A stretch of DNA of 64,000 nt, taken from the NCBI GenBank assembly GCA_035714365.1, contig DASTMB010000064.1:31785-95784 (forward strand), read 5' to 3'. This document shows positions 61,830 to 64,000 of the stretch, one piece after another. A program made the position numbers and the translations under genes. The notes under the pieces were generated by a model. The model did no database searches. It saw nothing but the letters and a program-made list of their open reading frames with translations, and had not been told where the DNA came from. Origin of the DNA: Mycobacteriales bacterium (lineage in GTDB: Bacteria > Actinomycetota > Actinomycetes > BP-191). Position 1 is the stretch's first letter. The number at the start of each line of letters is the position of its first letter.

Positions 61830-64000
61830 TCACGCGCGTCTGGTGCCTCGGCGGAGCCAGGCCGCCAGCGCGAGCAGCAGCACTCCGGCGGCGGCCAGGG
61901 TGTCGTTGAGGCCGGTGGAGGGGATCTTGGTGCCGCCGGTGCCGGTGCCGCCGCCCGTGTGCTTCGCGGGGGGCTTGGGGACGAAGACGCCGGTGCCGGG
62001 GGCCTTGGCTCCGACATCGAGGACCCAGACGCCGCGGCCGTAGGTGGCGGCGACGACGTAGCGGCCGGTGGTGTCGTTGCGGACGTCGCGGACCGACGCC
62101 TTGGGGAGCTGGCCGAGGCGCTGCCAGACCAGGCCCGACTTCGGGCCGATGAAGACACCGTCGTCGCCCGCGACGATCAGGTTGTCGCCGCGGACGATGA
62201 CGGCGTTCGCGCCGGAGCGGGGCAGGTTGCCGGTGAGGTCGGTGAAGTGCTCGCCGCAGTCGTGGCTGACGAACACCCGGCCGTCGCCGCCGGTCGACTT
62301 CGCGTCGAAGCCGATCGTGTTGCCGGAGGTCACGGTGACGTAGACGGTCGACGTGTCCTTCGGGTCGATCGCGATGCGGCTGATGTTGCCGCGCACCAGG
62401 CCCTGGCCGGCCGCCTTGTGCCAGCAGTCCGCGGCGCCGGTCTTCGCCTCGCAGCCGGGCTTGGCGTTCGTGAACACGGCGTTGAGCAGGCTCTGCCCCG
62501 GGTACGCGAGCGAGCACGCGCCGCAGGCGCCGTCGTAGACGACCGGCCCCTGCACGGCGACCGCGCTGGACTGCCAGTTCACCGGGTTGCCGGCGGCGTT
62601 CTTCGTCGGGCTGGCGCCCTTCGTGAACGACGTCACCCAGTCGCCGTCGTCGACCATCGTGCCGAGCAGCGGGTCCTTCGTGATCGACGTCGCGGCGCCC
62701 TTCGTCGTCTCCTTGAGGTCGTTGCCGGCGGCCACCAGGTGGTTCGCGTCGAGCGGGTCGATGGCGTACGGCGCGCTGAACAGCGCCCCCGTCAGGCCCG
62801 GGTCGATGTCCTTCGTGTTCTTGCCGGCGTCGGTCGTGACGTAGAGCTTGTCCTGCACGTAGGAGCAGTAGAAGACGTTCGGGTCCGGCGTGACCTGCAC
62901 CTCGAAGCCGTCGCCGCCGCAGACCGAGAAGTACTCCTTGTTCGGCGTGATCTTGACGGTGCCGTTGTCCTGGAGGCCCGCGACGATCGTGCCGTCCGGG
63001 CCCATCGCCGCGTGGTAGACGAGCGCCGTGCCGATGGTGTTCGCGTCGATCCAGCCGTCGTTGTCGAACCCGCCCGGCTCGGTGGTCGAGTCGTGCGAGT
63101 CCTGGTGCCAGAAGCCGCCGTCGTTGCCGGTGTAGAGGCGGATGCCGCCGGCGTCCTTCGTCGCGATCGCCCACGAGTGCTGGTCGGGGTGCGTGCTCAG
63201 GCCGTTGTACTCGGGCTGGCTGGTGTCCGGGCACGGGTAGCCGTTGGTGATGCCCTGCGTGTAGGTGACGAAGCCGCAGACGTCGGCGTAGCGCTGGATG
63301 ACGTGCGCCTCGGCGGGGCCGGGGCCGTCGGCGTTCGCGACGACCTGGTAGACCTCCTCGAGCCCGAAGAACACGCGGCTCGGGTCGGTCGGGTCGACGC
63401 CGACCCAGTTGTTGTACCAGGACTGCACGCCCGGCCCGTAGCCGATCGCGGCGAGCGCCGCGACCGTGCTGTTCGGTGCCGCCAGGAGGCTCGCCTCGTT
63501 CGCCTTCAACGTCCACGTCGCACCGTCGTCGGCGCTGCGGTACAGGCCGTTCAGCGTCGTGGACGTGCCGACGAGCGGCACGTCACTGGTCGGGATCTGC
63601 TCGTTGGCGCCGTTGAGCTTGCCGGCGTCGCTGACCAGCGCCCACAGCACCGGCGCGTCGCCCTGCGAGTACGCCAGCGACGTGCGGCCGATCGGGTCGT
63701 CGGTCGCGGCCGGGTTGGTCAGGCCGGACGTGCCGGCGAGGTAGGCCCACGTCGTACCGCCGTCGGTGCTGCGGTACAGGCCGTTGCCCTCCGACGCCTT
63801 GCCGTCCAGGAGCTGGATCTTCCCGGCCGGGAAGCCGACCGCGGCCGTGATCTCGTTCGCGTTGTTCGGGTGCGTCACGACGGCGGTCACCCAGTTGCCG
63901 AACTTCAGCGGCGACGGCGCCGTGTGCGCGGCGTTGGTCGGCAGCATCGTGTCGGCGAACGCGTCGCTGCCCTTCGCCGCGTGGAACAACCCGTCGGTCG
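61830..64000 (-). CDS. BNR/Asp-box beta-propeller (GH74/sortilin-like) surface protein with a C-terminal IPSTG sorting signal; the N-terminus lies outside the window
   Basis: Asp-boxes YRSTDGGTTW and YRSADDGATW. FVSHDCGEHF. The C-terminus is KIPSTGLNDTLAAAGVLLLALAAWLRRGTRRA. There is no signal peptide at the first Met, and the frame is open to the window edge. Confidence 0.7.
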   Translation of the reverse strand, partial: TDGLFHAAKGSDAFADTMLPTNAAHTAPSPLKFGNWVTAVVTHPNNANEITAAVGFPAGKIQLLDGKASEGNGLYRSTDGGTTWAYLAGTSGLTNPAATDDPIGRTSLAYSQGDAPVLWALVSDAGKLNGANEQIPTSDVPLVGTSTTLNGLYRSADDGATWTLKANEASLLAAPNSTVAALAAIGYGPGVQSWYNNWVGVDPTDPSRVFFGLEEVYQVVANADGPGPAEAHVIQRYADVCGFVTYTQGITNGYPCPDTSQPEYNGLSTHPDQHSWAIATKDAGGIRLYTGNDGGFWHQDSHDSTTEPGGFDNDGWIDANTIGTALVYHAAMGPDGTIVAGLQDNGTVKITPNKEYFSVCGGDGFEVQVTPDPNVFYCSYVQDKLYVTTDAGKNTKDIDPGLTGALFSAPYAIDPLDANHLVAAGNDLKETTKGAATSITKDPLLGTMVDDGDWVTSFTKGASPTKNAAGNPVNWQSSAVAVQGPVVYDGACGACSLAYPGQSLLNAVFTNAKPGCEAKTGAADCWHKAAGQGLVRGNISRIAIDPKDTSTVYVTVTSGNTIGFDAKSTGGDGRVFVSHDCGEHFTDLTGNLPRSGANAVIVRGDNLIVAGDDGVFIGPKSGLVWQRLGQLPKASVRDVRNDTTGRYVVAATYGRGVWVLDVGAKAPGTGVFVPKPPAKHTGGGTGTGGTKIPSTGLNDTLAAAGVLLLALAAWLRRGTRRA

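Overview
This is a very GC-rich, actinobacterial-type chromosomal segment. It is densely coding, with about 55 protein genes and one tRNA. I found no rRNA, CRISPR array, transposase or integrase.

Gene order, left to right:
- A divergent GNAT / F420-PPOX gene pair.
- A LexA-controlled imuA'-imuB-dnaE2 mutasome operon. A perfect SOS box sits in the spacer of a promoter that appears to drive a leaderless transcript.
- A run of secreted or membrane-anchored proteins of unknown function. It is flanked by an ECF sigma factor with a C-terminal transmembrane extension and by a tandem-GAF sensor.
- A Liv-type ABC importer in which LivH, LivM and LivG are one polypeptide.
- An unlisted 59-codon ORF with a textbook double-glycine leader.
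- An SDR gene broken by an in-frame TAG, a VOC-fold gene, tRNA-Arg(CCG), an orphan receiver domain and an M6 (InhA-like) metalloprotease.
- argS-lysA-hom-thrC-[MFS]-thrB.
- A BNR protein and two secreted unknowns.
- A Gram-positive Tad/Flp locus (tadA-tadB-tadC, small pilin-like gene, tadE, tadE, tadG-like).
- A 1286-aa metzincin/FN3/Ig surface protein, two small paralogous membrane proteins and prfB.
- Three consecutive LPXTG surface-protein genes.
- ftsE-ftsX, an M23 peptidase, an S41 (Ctp) peptidase and smpB.
- A GAF-GGDEF cyclase and a partial BNR propeller protein with an IPSTG sorting signal.

The most interesting signal is a conserved non-coding leader of about 75-82 nt. It is capable of forming a pseudoknot and is followed by a covarying hairpin that sequesters the Shine-Dalgarno sequence. 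It recurs upstream of each of the three LPXTG genes, and a degenerate fourth copy lies upstream of the large metzincin gene. Each of the three LPXTG-gene copies sits behind a near-identical promoter-like TTGAC(A/G)-N17-CACAGT. I could not match the element to any riboswitch or leader family I know.

All product calls rest on reading the translated ORFs by eye. No database search was run.
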